A stretch of 64,000 bases of DNA from the human T2T-CHM13v2.0 reference genome, Homo sapiens. Below, in pieces: positions 13,882 through 29,009 of the stretch. The position numbers and the translations under genes were made by a program. How positions within the stretch are numbered: the first letter of the stretch is position 1; the number at the start of each line of letters is the position of its first letter. The stretch lies in the NCBI RefSeq assembly GCF_009914755.1, contig NC_060928.1, one strand, 5' to 3'. The notes below the pieces were generated by a model. That model was given only the letters and a program-made list of their open reading frames with translations, was not told the DNA's origin and searched no databases.

Positions 13882-14055
13882 GTGGGAGAGAGAGTTTCAG
13901 TTAAGAACTTAAGGTTAGCTAGATACTAATTTTTATGGATATATTAAAAATCCCAGTAATATTCCCTACCTGAAAAGTGTTGTTGAGGTACATTTGAAAA
14001 GGTATAACAAGTTTGACAAAACTTGCTTTTAAGAACAATGTAATCACTCATTGGA

Positions 14056-14225
14056 AAGGCAGTGGAGTGTAGTCTACTTAAGAGAACAAAGACCAGGGTG
14101 AGACTTCCTGTGCTTAAAACTCCAATACTGCCGTTTTAGATCTGTGATTTGGGGAAAGTTAATTTCTCAGTTCCTGAGTTCCTTCTTTGTGAAATGTGGT
14201 CACTGGATAGTATCTACTTTCTAGT
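14056..14225 (+). mobile_element. MIR
   Basis: CTGTGATTTGGGGAAAGTTAATTTCTCAGTTCCTGAGTTCCTTCTTTGTGAAATG resembles the MIR core. Confidence 0.65.
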
Positions 14226-15905
14226 GACCTGGCATGTCAGCCTGAAACCTTACAAACTTTCAGTAGAATGTTAGTATCACTAATTGAAACTCTTAACATG
14301 TTTTGACGCCAAGAATAACAGCAGAAAATTTTTAAAAAGTAATTCAGAGGATGAATTAAAAGCTCAAACATTTCAGGAATCCTGTAATACATACATTATG
14401 CTTCTTTCAAGGTAGTAGTAAATGAGTGGTGATCACATAATTTTAACAAAAGAAGCATTGCTGATTATCATTTACGTCCTATGAATATTATGTAAAGTGC
14501 TTTAGAATCACACTGTATGGGAGTCACTGGTAGTTTCTGATTTTCAGATTCTATAATCAGTGGGTTGATTTCAAGTTCAGAGGTTATTCTCAGTTTTTAT
14601 TATATTACTGTTAGAAATAGCAGTGCCATGTAAATGCTTGTATATTTTAATTATAATTTGTTCCCACTCACCTTTAGTAAGAGTGGTTATGTTAGTACTG
14701 TTACTTTGTGAAACAACTTTCATTTACTACGTTACATTTATTAATTCTATGTTCACTTGTGTGCTATATTTGCCTATTATTAAAGAGGTATCTGGTAGTA
14801 TAACTCTATCTGAATAACAACCTAAATCTTTCACATAAAACGATTGATTCATTCTAGTATACATTTAAAAAATCTTATCTGCTTGTACATTTTACTAAAT
14901 TTTAGAGCCTATCATCTTTTCATATTAATAGGATTGCCATTTTTATATATGGTAGGATTCTAGGTGTAGTTTGGCTTTGAGCCATAATATGATCTATCCT
15001 TTTAACCCTTTGGAAACATTGACTTTTTCATTGCATTAGTGCAGTCTTCATTTTATTTCCAGTCCAAGATGCCAAAGGTCACTTCATTAGACACCTCATT
15101 TGCCTTTCTTCCCTGTAGTGTTCTGTTGTCTTATATACTAAGTATCATTAAAAAAAATTCTGCTTCCATTAACAAAAAGTGAGCAGAGAACAAAAAGCCA
15201 ATTATTTGTAGCACATAAAATCCTTATGATAATTTGGTAGACTTTAATTAAACTAATACATCACGCTGCACTTATAATACAAAAGAGCAAAAGAGAAGCA
15301 AATAATCTTTTTTTTGTTCTGTTGAGAAAACCATATTGCCTTGTAATCAAGCATTTTAAGACTTATGATCTATTTTGAAGTATAAGATTTTCAATGCTTT
15401 TCATACAATGTGCATGTTAAAATTATATGCTATATTGATTGGAAACATACCCCCAAAATTTAAAATGAAAATATGACAAAGCTTGACTTAAAGTAACTTT
15501 GATTATATTTTATGATTTTTTTCAAACTCTTCAAAAATAAAAGGAGATTCTCCAAATTCATCTCACATCACACAGAAACTTTACTACAAAGAATTTTTTT
15601 TTGTATTTAACACATTTTTGCTGGGATTTTTGCATTGCTGTTTATTCTTTTTGATGAACCAACTGATATTATTAATGCAAAATTTGCTATAAATTAAAAG
15701 GATACCGGTGTAACTTATTTATCTTTCCTGCATTTCACAACTGGGTTGTACTGGAATTAGAGATACTTAGTCTTTGTTTAAATAATCTCATCCCCAAATC
15801 TTCAACGTCTTTGTGATATAATTCTCATAATTTAAGTGGAAATAAAGAGCCGAATTGAGAGTGAATACATTTGCTTTCAATCTAAGGTCTGCAATGTTAT
15901 ATTGA

Positions 15906-16317
<412 letters not shown>

Positions 16318-17216
16318 CCTGGTCTCATTTCTGAAATTATATTTCTACATTAGATAGTAATGTAATGTCTTTCTTGTACCAAAATCAATATTTAAATATG
16401 TTCATATCAATCTTTAAATCAATGTCTTAGTGTTTACAAAAAGTCTTTCTGAAAACATTTCTAGAACTTTCTAATGGTCAGAAAGCATAGGTTTTTGAAG
16501 CTGGTAAACCACAAATCATATTAAAAGATAGTTATATTCAACTTAGAAATTCACGTATTATCAACCAAAGGGATCATATAGAATCACTGTGCCAGTTCTT
16601 AGATTATTAACATATTTTTCATAAAGAGGAAACTGTTTGTAATTTCTAATTTTGTCCTATCTCACATTTACAAATTCAAGTCTCAATTAATTCCTTGGAC
16701 ATTTAATTAATTTGCTTTTTAGTAGATCAAACTGTTAGTGGGTTTATCAATCACCTGGAAATACTTTGTATTTTTCTACTCTTCTCTGTGGGTGTTCAAG
16801 GCTCCCCAAGTAGCTCTCAATTTTTTAGGCACATGATTGCAATTTTAGTGTCATTTAAGGACAGCCAAACTTGCTATTCACTTCATCTTCTCATTAGCAT
16901 CTAGTCTCTGTTTCTCTCAGGCAGCCTTGGCACATGAATACCAGCCAATACTGCTTTTGTTTCCAAAGGTGGCCGGTATTATGGCCTGAAGAGGATAATA
17001 ATGATAGTTTAAGTTTGTATCATTTTACGTTTTTATTATGAGCCTTCAGAATGGAAATGAATTAACTCTTAACTTTGGCCAAATGTAATTAGAACTCTAA
17101 AGCTGGGATCCATTCTAATGTTTTACTTATATAGTGCATAGTGGTATGGTCTATTTGTAGTAATCTGTATCCTTCCCTGATTCAGAAAGGGTGTTTCTTT
17201 AAAATAGTTGTTTTCT

Positions 17217-17529
17217 GGCCAGGCGGGGTGGCTGACGCCTGTAATCCTAGCACTTTGGGAGGTCGAGGCAGGTAGATCATCTGAGGTCAGGAGTTCAAGA
17301 CCAGCCTGGTCAACATGGAGAAACCCCCATCTCTACTAAAAATACAAAAATTAGCTGGACGTGGTGGCACATGCCTGTAGTCCCAACTACTCAGGAGACT
17401 GAGGCAGGAGAATCGCTTGAACCCAGAAGACAGAAGTTGCAGTTAGCTGAGACTGTGCCACTGCACTCCAGCCTGGGTGACAGAGCAAGACTCCGTCGAA
17501 AAGAAAAAAAAAAAAAAGCAAGAAACAAA
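17217..17529 (+). mobile_element. AluSx-like with TSD
   Basis: GGCCAGGCGGGGTGGCT start; TSD TAAAATAGTTGTTTT at ~17200 and ~17530. Confidence 0.95.
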
Positions 17530-18210
17530 TAAAATAGTTGTTTTTATAAAAACAATAAAATAAAAGTATGGACCAAGAGAAAGATGATTTAACATTGAAG
17601 AACAGGCTCTTCTAGAGCACCAATCTTTACATACTTAATTACATTAGCATTCTCTTGACAAATAGTTGTTTTATTTGAATACTCTGTCTTTTGATAGTTA
17701 TTGAATTAATTTGTCTGTGTACGTCTAATTGAGGATGTTCAGAACAGCCTTGTTATGTTTGTTTGTTTTTTCTTAGTATACTCGATTCTATTTTATGTAG
17801 GCTTCAGCTAAGTAGAGACAATAGGAAAAACAGCTCATGACGGAGCTGAGTGGAATTAAGAAAATCTCTGGTTTAGGCAGGGAAACTAAATCCTCTCACT
17901 GTTTTCTGACCTCACCTTGTATCTTCCTGTCAACTTTGTACATATAAGCAGATTGTAACCTTGGAGAGAAAAATGTAAGAGCCAAGTAAGTAAAACTATA
18001 AGAAATAGTTTTACCATTTCAAAAGATAAATAAAAGTTTCCTCAGAACCAGGACTGTGTTTTATGGTGCTTTGTATTTCCTTCCATGCCTCTTACATGAC
18101 TGGGCTGATACATACATATGGTATTCTTTCTAATGAATCCTGGGATTCCATGATTTTAACAGCCAGTGAGGAAACACTGATTGCTTGGCTATCCAACCCA
18201 AGGCGTTCTT

Positions 18211-18432
18211 CTTTTTTTTTTTTTTTGAGTTCAGGCCATTCTTCTGCCTCAGCCTTCCGAGTAGCTGGGACTACAGGTGCCCACCACCACGCCTGGCTAA
18301 TTTTTTGTATTTTTAGCACAGACAGAATTTCACCGTGTTAGCCAGGATGTTCTCGATCTCCTGACCTCGTGAACCGCCGGCCTCGGCCTCCCAAAGTGCT
18401 GGGATTACAGGCATGAGCCACCGCACCCGGCC
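18211..18432 (-). mobile_element. AluY with ~75-nt right-arm deletion
   Basis: AluY diagnostics (CCATT, GTTAGCCAGGATG, CGATCTCCTGACCTCGTGA); TSD CCCAAGGC(G/A)TTCTT. Confidence 0.93.
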
Positions 18433-18530
18433 CCAAGGCATTCTTTTGTAAGTTCCCAAATCATTTATACTCTGAAGTCAGGGCCAAGTATCTATGATGA
18501 GGAATTCGTATAATATTTTCTATCTCTCTA

Positions 18531-18828
<298 letters not shown>

Positions 18829-19329
18829 TCTATCTCCTTTTCTTATGTAGCTAATCAGTGGTTGACTCGCTGACTAAAATACTTATTTTTAAGAGTATAG
18901 TTCAAACGGCGCTAATGGCCTTTGTGTGTGTGTATACTCTAACTTATGTAAATGGGTATAGACTTCCCTTTCTTTGATTGGATAGAATGAGTCTTTTAAT
19001 TAATTCTTTTTCATGTTGCAATTTAGACAACTTTCAGGTATGTAGAAGTTGCTTCATGTGTATGCATCTATTTAAATAATTATGATAGAATATATATTTG
19101 TGAATTTAAATAATCATGATAGAGTATGATATATATGGAAGTTTCTAGAACTGAGCTTCTTAACACTTTTTTTATATTAGTTTAGGAAACTTGTATAAGT
19201 TTGCTTATTTTTTCTTAAACATGCCAAAAATGGAGATATCTACAATGATAACTTTGCTGTCTATTTTAAAAAGATTTGAACTTGGATTTAAAAAAATAAA
19301 TGTGAGGAAACATAATGTAAGGGGAACCT

Positions 19330-19480
19330 ATTTGATTTGAGCCCTAATTCTACCACTTACCTGTGTGATTTTACATAAGCAGATTAAACACTCTGAGCTT
19401 CTGTTTCAAGTGTAAAATGAGAAAAATATTATTCCTACTTTACAAGGACTTTTTGAGGTTAAATTAGATAGTTAAATGCA
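19330..19480 (+). mobile_element. MIR
   Basis: TTCTACCACTTACCTGTGTGATTT..CTCTGAGCTTCTGTTTC..GTAAAATGAG. Confidence 0.7.
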
Positions 19481-19496
19481 ATCTTGTAATAAACAT

Positions 19497-19990
19497 TGTA
19501 GGAGAGAAAAGATTTCTTTTTCTTAACCATTGCTAGATTGATAGCTGAGGCACCCATAACAAAAGATAGAATAATAACAGCAAAGCATGCAAATTTATTT
19601 AATATAAGTTTTCCATGACATGGGAGCCCTCATTAAAAAATGAAGACCCAAAGAAATAAGTAAACATATGTTTTTATGCTTGGGTTTGATGAAGATGTGG
19701 GTAGTCATAGAAAAGTATGATTGGACAAAAGAGATGTGGTTTAATGTCTATAAACTGAGGGGAACTTAGCAAGGCCTACTTGTTCAGATTCTTCTGTGTG
19801 GCACTGTGTCTTCAAAGATAAGGATGTTCCTTTCCTTCGAGTATATGGAGGGCACCTCTCGAATGAGGGTCTTATGACCTGCTTCAAGGGAGAAGGGCAA
19901 GGGGAAGGTGAGAGTTGGCTTTCCTGCTCCTGCTGTTTTCTCAAATGCCAAGGTACCATATTTTGGGGTGGTGTTTCTTGAGCCCCATCA
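19497..19990 (-). mobile_element. Complete ERV1-class solo LTR (MER39/MER34/MER93-like)
   Basis: TG...CA termini; 4-bp TSD ACAT at 19493-19496 and 19991-19994; minus strand starts TGATGGGGCTCAAGAAACACCACCCCAAAATATGG; AATAAA near the minus-strand 3' end. Confidence 0.88.
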
Positions 19991-20929
19991 ACATCTATAC
20001 AACTGTCACAGTAATTAATAATTATTGTCATTTATGGTTTTTGATATATCATTTGTATAAATGAGAAGAAAGTGAAATACCAAAATACCAACCAAAATTG
20101 TCTTTCTCATAGTCCTCCACTTTCCTAAATCCCATGTTCACTCTATGTCCTGTCTTTCATTTCAAATGGTTTCCTAGTATTAAAAAAGAAAAAAAACCAA
20201 TAAACTTTTCAATGTTAATAATAACACTGGTTATTCTTAACCAATGGTTCAACTCCTCTATTATGCATTTATGCTCTAAAAATTAACATCAACTTCCTGT
20301 TGTTAGGCTATGGAAACTTAACATCAATTTGATTTTCTGGGTCATGGACCATACTCTGCGTTTTATGTCATACTTTTTATTTTTCCCTAGATTTGAACAT
20401 TAGACAAGGAAAAAGATAATGAATATTCATGGAATCATTTTACGTATTGCCAATTATATGCAAACACATTCAACAGATACTTGTACTTAATCTACACCAA
20501 TTACATAGTGCATGATTTAGTATTGAAGCATACCTAATAAAAATAAGAAGAAAAACAGACATCTGTTTCTTTTAAAATATATATATTTCCCTGTCTGTGG
20601 TTTTGAAGTTTTTCAGGGTCACAGATAAAGGACAGGTTTATTCCTATGTGTGGGTGTGCAGTGTGTTCTTGTACTGAGGTCTGAGTTCTTTTCCAATTCT
20701 CTGCATAATTCAGTTTTCTTCTCCTAGCACTAGTTACCTATTGTTGGCCAAGAAGGTCTAGAGAAGGTAAACAATATAGCTTTTATATAAGTGAACATTT
20801 TACTGATTTTTTTAAGTAAAGTTCTCAGCTTAATTTAGCCTCTGGGGTATGAAATGGAAGCTGAGTGAGACACAGAGATAACCTGGTAGAAGCTGCTCAA
20901 GGAATGATGTGGCTTCATCTGCATTTGTT

Positions 20930-20959
20930 TGTGTATGTGTGTGTGTGTGTGTATGTGTG
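20930..20959. repeat. (TG)n microsatellite, interrupted
   Basis: Direct reading. Confidence 0.85.
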
Positions 20960-23900
20960 AGAGACTTGTTGCCTGAGTGATAGAACAAATCCAGGAGAAA
21001 GGTTGAAAGGCAAAGACAAAGGCCATGTCTATACAACTTCAGCTGAATTGGACTTGACTGAAAGATTGGTTTGGTCTGATTTACTAGAGCATATCTCCTC
21101 AGTGTCTGTGATCTGAAAATTGCTTCCAGGGCCATTTTAATTAGCTGATTCAAATCAAAACCAACACATTCTGGTAACATCCAGTTCTACTCTGACCCTT
21201 ACCAAAGACAATTTTCAGAATGGTGATTCCTAAGTAGTTGTGTATAAACTCAATAAGTGATTCAAGATAGGCACTTTTTGTTTCTAAACATTTAATCTTT
21301 AATGGTGAGAAAAGTACCTATTTCTTTTGGCTTTAGTGACAGGTGAGTATTAGTACACCATTGCATTTGTTGAGCACATCACAGCTTAAACCACAAAAAT
21401 AGAAGCCTGTTCTTATGTAGTTAACATATGAAATGAGAGAGTTTCTGTTCCTCGATAACATTTTAATACGTGGACTTCATTATGCTGCATAGCAATATGA
21501 TTAATGTAACATTTAAATGCATTATATTCCTGGGGATGCTTTTAAGTTAAAAGTGTAAATCAGGTCCTGAAAATAAAAATTAAAACATTTGACACCTATA
21601 ATTTCCTATTTTTTTAAAAAAATGTTTTTCCTATCTATTCATTTATTAAAAACCTTGCAGAAAATTTTACATAGTATCTTTCGCTTAAGAAAAGAAGAGA
21701 AATACTATTATAGGAGAAGAATTAACAAGAGAAGCTTAATGAAATTTTAGGTTGTTAGACTAAATTTAAGAGAGAGATGGGGAAAAAAAGGGGCAAAATG
21801 GGGATGTTAGCAAAATAAAGAGCATTTACTATAGTTTGAAAGAGGTGTATTCCACAATCTAAAATATGATAAACAATAGAAAGTCAAAGATAACCTTGTG
21901 ATTTCAAAATATTAAAATTACATATGTGATACTATGATATAACAAGTAATATGATTTCCCTAATTGGTTATTTCCAAATATGCATGTATTCATTAATCCA
22001 ATTTTCAGGGCAACCAAACATGTACCAAAAACACTGAAAAGAAACAGAAAGTACATGATATTTGCCTTCATAGACCACATGGTAGCCTTGTATAGAATGT
22101 GATAATTAAATGAATAACTTCACAAAAATAGTTAAATAGTTGATAACTGCTATGGAATCATACCATATATAAGAAAAGTGCATAATAGGAAAATCTAATG
22201 TGGTCCTGGTATACATTACTTTAAGGTAGTTTTAGTTGGTTAGTAAATAACGCACGATATCAGAAACTTTGAAATATTTAGCTTTCATCTGTGTATAAGG
22301 AATTTTAGAATTAAATGTGCAGTGATATGGTTTGTGTAAATTAACATGAACTTTCTGAAACTTACAATTTAAATCATAAAGATTCACTTATAGATGCCTT
22401 GGTAAATGTGTTTTGCTTTATGTAAGTAGCCCAAATATTCCCATATATATTAATTTTTAAAGCTATTGCTAGAGAAACAAAAAGATATTGTTTTTATTTC
22501 TAGAAGAAGACACCATTTACATTTTAAAATTAAGACATATTTTAATGCTGCTTAACTTTATACAGCTAATATTGATAATATACTGTCAGAGCATTTTAAT
22601 GCATTTTCTGTTCTCTAAACGATTAATTTTAAAGTTAGTCATTACTTGTTTTATTACACCATTTACTTTCACAAATAAGTTGGTCCAACATTCAGTGAAA
22701 TAAGTCATTAATTTCTTTTCTAACTTTGACTCTAGTGTGCTGATGCATTGTTACATTGGAAATTAAGTGGAATATTTCTCTTCTCTGATCCTAATTCTTA
22801 AAAATAAGCACTTTGGGCAGTGAAATGTACCATGTTTACTCTATGAAAGTGATTTATTATTATTTTTTGGCAATATTCAGACTTACTAAGATTTTACTAA
22901 CATCAATTGTACCACCATCGAATTGGAAAAAGACACTTTGTGTACTTTCTGGCACCGAAAGTAGAAATTGACCTGTTGGTCAGGCTCAAGTTCAGAGAAA
23001 TATTTAACACTATTTAAAACTGACATTAGCACCAAAATATTTTGAAGGAGTTTTTATCATAACTTTTATTTTTCCAAACTAGAAACAAAGTTAGGAAACA
23101 TTGTGCTTTTACAGTCATGACTTTGAAAAGGGGCGTAATTCATCCTTGACCAGAGATTAGCAGGCCATTTGTTGATAGCATATAACTTGCCCCAATTTCT
23201 ATAGAGAAAGTGAGCTATCTAATGATTGCATTAAGAGACTAGAGCTACTTGGAAGGGTGTGAACATTCAGATCAAGCTCACATCTCTGAGATCTTAGGGA
23301 TGTGCAAGTTGTAAAAGCACTGACAACAAAGTTACCATTTCATTCTTATTTGTATTTGTAATATAAAGAAAGCAAACAACACTCCCCCAGCCCTCTTTTG
23401 ACATTTCATAGCCTTGAAAAGCTTAAACTCTGAAACACACTAAATGCAGTGTTTCTTATACCATGCAAACATCTCTTGTCAGAGATAGCATCCCTGAGAT
23501 TAGCCAGCTGTATTGATTTAGATGCCTCAGGGTTGTTAATTGTAGTGAGGACTGTTATGTCTCTATGGCTTCTGAAAGAGGTTATGGCTACTGCAAATAC
23601 ATCTTAAAGAAGGAAAGAATACTATCAGCCAAGATGTGCAGTCCAAGCTTTGGAACTAGGCTGGCAAAACCCTACTCACATCCCTGTAAAGCAGACATAT
23701 ATTTTTGTATTTTTTATAGGTGGATACAGTGCAGACCATGAACCCCTCTGGCCACATTGAGGAATCGTGTAAAATGAATGTATGTGCTCGTAAGTGAAAT
23801 ATATGCAGTGTTCCAACTCAATATGTTGGATCCTAATAGACCTGGATTTGTCTTGTGTAAAAAGAAATCGATTCCCAAGGGGCAGGATCACTAACTGATT

Positions 23901-26900
23901 AAAATGAAGCTTTGAGTTTGAAGAAAACAAAAAAGGCTTTAAAATAAGATCTCTGCAAAAAGGAATCAAACTGTGCTTTTTAAACAAGTGAAAAAAATCA
24001 AGCTCTCAATATGGAATAAAGGAGGGATGTGAGAGAGGTTTTGCAATCTTATCAATTACTGTGGGGAAACAGAATCAGATATCGCCATACTCAGGAGTAT
24101 GAAAAGAAGAACAGGAAATTCTTTTTCTTCAGTTTGCACTTGAATGGACTCAAGCAAAGAGTGTGGATATGTATCTTGTTACTGTTTATAGTTAATAATG
24201 TGGAGATTAGTATATATGGGATTTCATTTGCCTTGTTTGAACTAATTGGATGCATTATATAGAAATCACCTGAGCCTGTGCTAGATCAACAAAGAAAATG
24301 GAAATGTATACCTCAGGATTGAAATCCGAGAAAATTAGACAATTCAATGCTATTTAATAACGCATTAAGAAGAAATACTATTGCCAATCAGGGAAAGTGA
24401 GAATCTAGTGAACGTGAGAGGAAGTAAAATTTAGGCAATTATTACACTTGTTGAAACATAACTTATGACGGTGTAAAAGCAGAATATAGATCACAGTATA
24501 TGTCACAGACATTTTACACAGTTTCCAACTGAATTTGGGGTTAACTATGTAAGTGTTCTAGGAATGTATGGCCATTATATCAATAAGAAACTGTCCTTTT
24601 AAATTTGTGATCCTACACATTTATATATGCAGAAGAGGGCCTTTTTAAATTTATTGAGGATGAATTGCATGCTGGAAGTACCTCTTTGCATTACAGTTAC
24701 TTGCTCAATTGAAGATACTGTATAAAGTCTAATTTTTGTATGGGTGTGAAGGTATGTGTATGCACTTATGTGTGCGTGTACAAGTGGAAGGAGGTAAAAT
24801 TTAATGATTAGCATTTGCACTTTGGTTTGTTACCTAGAATGTAAAGAGGTAGAGTAAACTGTCTTAAGCCATTCTGTTATCATTATTAAAGATTATTATT
24901 CACAAAGGAAGCAATTTTAAAATAGAATGACTACTTCAACAATTTGCCAATTAAATATAATATTTAATGCAATTGAGCCGTTTAAATTAAGATGATACCA
25001 ACGCCTGAAAATAATGAGAGTAGGCTCATGTGAAATTAGTCTGCAGACACTTGGAAACTCATAGTGTCCTCCTTCAGGCTGTCTCACATAGCGGCAGGAT
25101 GTGAATCATGGGTGCTATTATAGAAAAAAATAGGGAAATATCTGTGTTCTAACTATAACTTTTTAATTCTACCAATAAGTTACATGTGCTTTCCCCCACT
25201 TTTCTTCAACCTAAATTATATAACCAGTAATGATATATCAACATGAACAAGATAGTGAATATTTAAAGCAGACTGACATGTTTTTGTGTAGTCACCATGT
25301 GCCATAATAATTTTGAAACTGTTCTTCTCCGCTATTTGTACTCGTTTCTTTTTATCTTGCCGATTGACTTTATAGTTAAAATTTTTACCTCTTCTTTCTA
25401 TGTGACAATCAACTGCAGTTAGTACCCTATCTGTAATATTACAGGGATTTTTGTCCTTATTTATGATACTATAATAAATTATAAGCCAACAAACTGTATA
25501 ATTCTGTTGTATTGAATATTTTTTGTGACCAAAATAATAAAAAAAACTACTTTATAAAATGCCTATATTTCCTATTTTAACAGTCTCTTAAAAGATAATG
25601 GGACATAAAATAGGTTCATATTGCTGGCTTTTAGAATACACTCTCTACAGCTTTACGAATGGAGAGAAAAGAGTTTATCTTAGACACTTAAGATAAACAG
25701 ATTTGACTGAGTTAATTATGAGAGTGTGTGGAGAGAAACACTCTGAACAAGTTAGAAGTCTAGATGTCAAATTTTGCTGTGCCACTAAACAGCCAGACAT
25801 GAGGGACACATTTTTTGAGTTCATGGGTATTCAGACTTTTCAACTGGGTTTTGGAATACACTATCATTTTTAAGACAATTTTAAGTCTTAACTTCAAAGG
25901 TTTTGGTAACTTAGAAATGTTTCAAACAGATACTTAATATTCATCATCTTAATAATCAATATTGATCATTCATATTAAGAGAATCACATGCTGGTTTCCA
26001 CTTAAATTGACCTCAAGCGCAAGACCAAGGGACAGTATGAATTGACAGTTGTTGCTACCTCACCATTAGTTTAACCTAATGGAAATATGTACTGAGGTAT
26101 AAGTTATCGTGTTCTGGGATCAATAGGTCCCCCCCTAAGTTAATTGAAGCAAGCAGTACCCAAGTACAAAATCACTCAATTTGTAACAGAGGAAACCTTT
26201 TTGTTCTGCATCGAGTTGAATGCATTGCCTGGCAGAATATTAAAGTGCAAGAACCAGTTTTTCTTGCTCTTTACCCCTGCAAGGATTGATCAGCACATGA
26301 AGGTCTCCTTGACTTCAAAGGCATTTCTGGACTTGGATCAGCCTGATTGAGTTCAGAAGAGAAGGAAACACTAGCCCCTGATGTTTATTGCTGTAGGCTC
26401 TTTCATCTAATAGTAACTCTCTGCTTTAGAAGAAGCAACAGGCAGAAAGTCTTGTGACTTTTAATTTCACGATTAATGTTTACTTGCAAAGTGCCTCACA
26501 CAGAAAATAGTGCTTTTATTTTAGTTTCCTGCTACTACTCCAACTGTGAAAGGTCAGGGAACCAGTAGGAAGCAAAATGAAAGCATGTATAGAGGGTTTT
26601 TTTTTCCTTCTCTGAAGCATGCTGACTTGCAAAATAGTGTCACTTTCAGAATCCCAAAGGTGTGGTGGATAATCTTCAGAAAGCCTTATTTAGAGCACTG
26701 GTCACACTGAATTTTTTATTTAGGTGAATTTCTGGCCATTGATGAAACCGAGATAAGGAAATCTAATTTTGTCCCATTAATTCCTTATTTTCCTTAGAAG
26801 ATTAGACGAGAGAGTTGCAGACTTCCACCTACCAAATCTCTCTTATGTCCCCCTGTTTCTAAATAAACCTTCTACCCTTTCCTCTTGCCTCTATTTTGGG

Positions 26901-27254
26901 GGAAAAGAAAAGGAAGACTAAACTTGGCTCAAGGAAAATGGCTATCTACAGCAGAAGAACAGCTGTGAATGAGAATCACCAACTGAAAACTTATGTGCAG
27001 AATCCATCATTAGATTTGGACTCGCATGAATAAAAATGTCACTAAAATATAAAACAAAATCCAAAATGTGCTATTAAGGATCAAAACCTTGCTTTTGGTT
27101 TTAGTTCTTGTTATTTTTTTGAATGCTATTATTTCACTTCCCTGTTTGGTAAATACACTTTAGTTGAACTGATTCTAATATTTCTCTGATGACTTTTGAA
27201 ACTTAAGTTACTGAGTCAATTCTGTAGAGGCGATATATTCATTGCTCTCTTAAT

Positions 27255-27400
27255 ATTCTTGTTAACCTCCTGAAGAAGATACTATTATGTTCATGATACC
27301 CATCTTGCAGATGAGGAAAATGAGATACACAGAGTTTCAGTAACTAGTAAAGCTACAGAACTAGCAGGAAGTGGAACTGGACTTTGAGTCCAGAGGTCAC
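27255..27400 (-). mobile_element. MIR
   Basis: CCCATCTTGCAGATGAGGAAAATGAGATACACAGAG core. Confidence 0.75.
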
Positions 27401-27630
27401 ACTCAACAGGAGGGCCTCAGAGCTTTGATGCCAAATAGTAATTAATAAATTGAGAACTATCTAGGGATGCAGAGAGGAATTTTATGGTTCCTTAAATCAC
27501 ATAACCAGTAGCTTGATGGATTCAACTTGCATTACTTAAGATGGGAAAGGTACTCATTAGTTCTAGCATACAGAAATATTGGATGAAGATGAAATCTGAT
27601 ATAGAAGATCTGCTTTAAATATTGTAGACA

Positions 27631-27965
27631 GGGCTGGCCATGGTGGCTTATGCATGTCATCTCAGACTTTGGGAGGCCAAGGTGAGAGGATCAATTCAGG
27701 TTAAGAGTTCAAGACCAGCCTGGGTAACATAGTGAGACCTCATCTCTACAAAAAGTAAAAAACAAAATTAGCCGGGTGTGGTGGCAGGTGCCTGTAGTCC
27801 CAGCTCTCAGGAGGCTGAGGTGGGAGGATTGCTTGAGCCTGGGAGGTCAAGGCTGCAGTGACCCGTGTTCACAGCACTGCACTCCAGCAAGAATGACAGA
27901 GAGAGACCTTGTCTCAAAAAAAACAAAACAAAACAAACAAACAAAAAACAATAAATAAATAAATA
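27631..27965 (+). mobile_element. AluJ
   Basis: GGGAGGATTGCTTGAGCCTGGGAGGTCAAGGCTGCAGTGA (J-type); residual TSD TGTAGACA. Confidence 0.93.
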
Positions 27966-28207
27966 CATGCTGTAGACAGAAAAAAAGGGAAATTCTTTTC
28001 CAATTTACCTGCTTTGTGGGCTTAACGTATGTTCCTGTATATATGTATAATTTGTGTCAAAAAACATTTTGAAAATGAGTATCTTGCCACTGGAACCTAG
28101 ATGGAATGAGGAAAATGGCAACTGCATTCTTTGAACAGGGAGCGTTCACAGCCTAATGGGGTCACAGCCAACCATGCAGGCTAGTTGTTACAATGTCGTG
28201 TGCTAAA

Positions 28208-28450
28208 TGGCAGAATATCATAGTGATTAAGAGTGCAGTGTCTGGAATTCAGCCTGCTTGGGTTTGAAACGTGGTTCATACATTTACAAGTTGAGTGAAC
28301 TTTGGACAAATTACATCTTACTGCCTCCATTTCTTCATATTTTATATGTTATTAACAATATTTACTATTTACCTTATAAATTATTTATGACTGTTGATTA
28401 GATTAACCCAGCCTATGTGTGGCCGGTATAAGAAGAATTCAATAAATGCC
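28208..28450 (+). mobile_element. MIR, near full length
   Basis: ATAGTGATTAAGAGTGCAG..CTGGAATTCAG..GGGTTTGAA..TTGGACAAATTAC..CAATAAATG. Confidence 0.75.
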
Positions 28451-29009
28451 AGCAATTATTAATTTTCTTATTGTTGTTTCTATACTTGACATATGACTAG
28501 AGTGTAGTAGTTGCAGACTTAGATGTTCATGGGCCAAAATAAACCCAATGTCATTGTCAAAAGGTGAAATGCCTTTGGAAAAGATAACCCTGATCCTTCA
28601 ATATTCTCTATATGCTATTGTGTGAAACTCAGCAAAATTCAGCAGATACAAGTTCTCCAGTTTCTGGTCTGCTATAATTCAAATATAATTCAAATCTTAT
28701 AGCTCTGTGAGCTGTAATTTTTTCAGGCATAGACAAGTGAAAGGAAACTGTGAAAGCCAAAATCAAATCTCTGTCACAAACCGATGATGAAAGTTTCCAA
28801 AAAGGTTGAAGAATAATTTTTGAAAATCACTTTATCCACAGTCATAAGGGTATATACAAGTTCCTCCGACTACTAGTAGCATAAGAATCATGAAACCTAA
28901 GAATTATAAATTGTCATATTATCATAAAAAGATAACACTGATTATGATAACCATTTCACAAATAGTTGTTACTTTGCAAATATTTAATGTGTCTATTATA
29001 TTTGATGAG

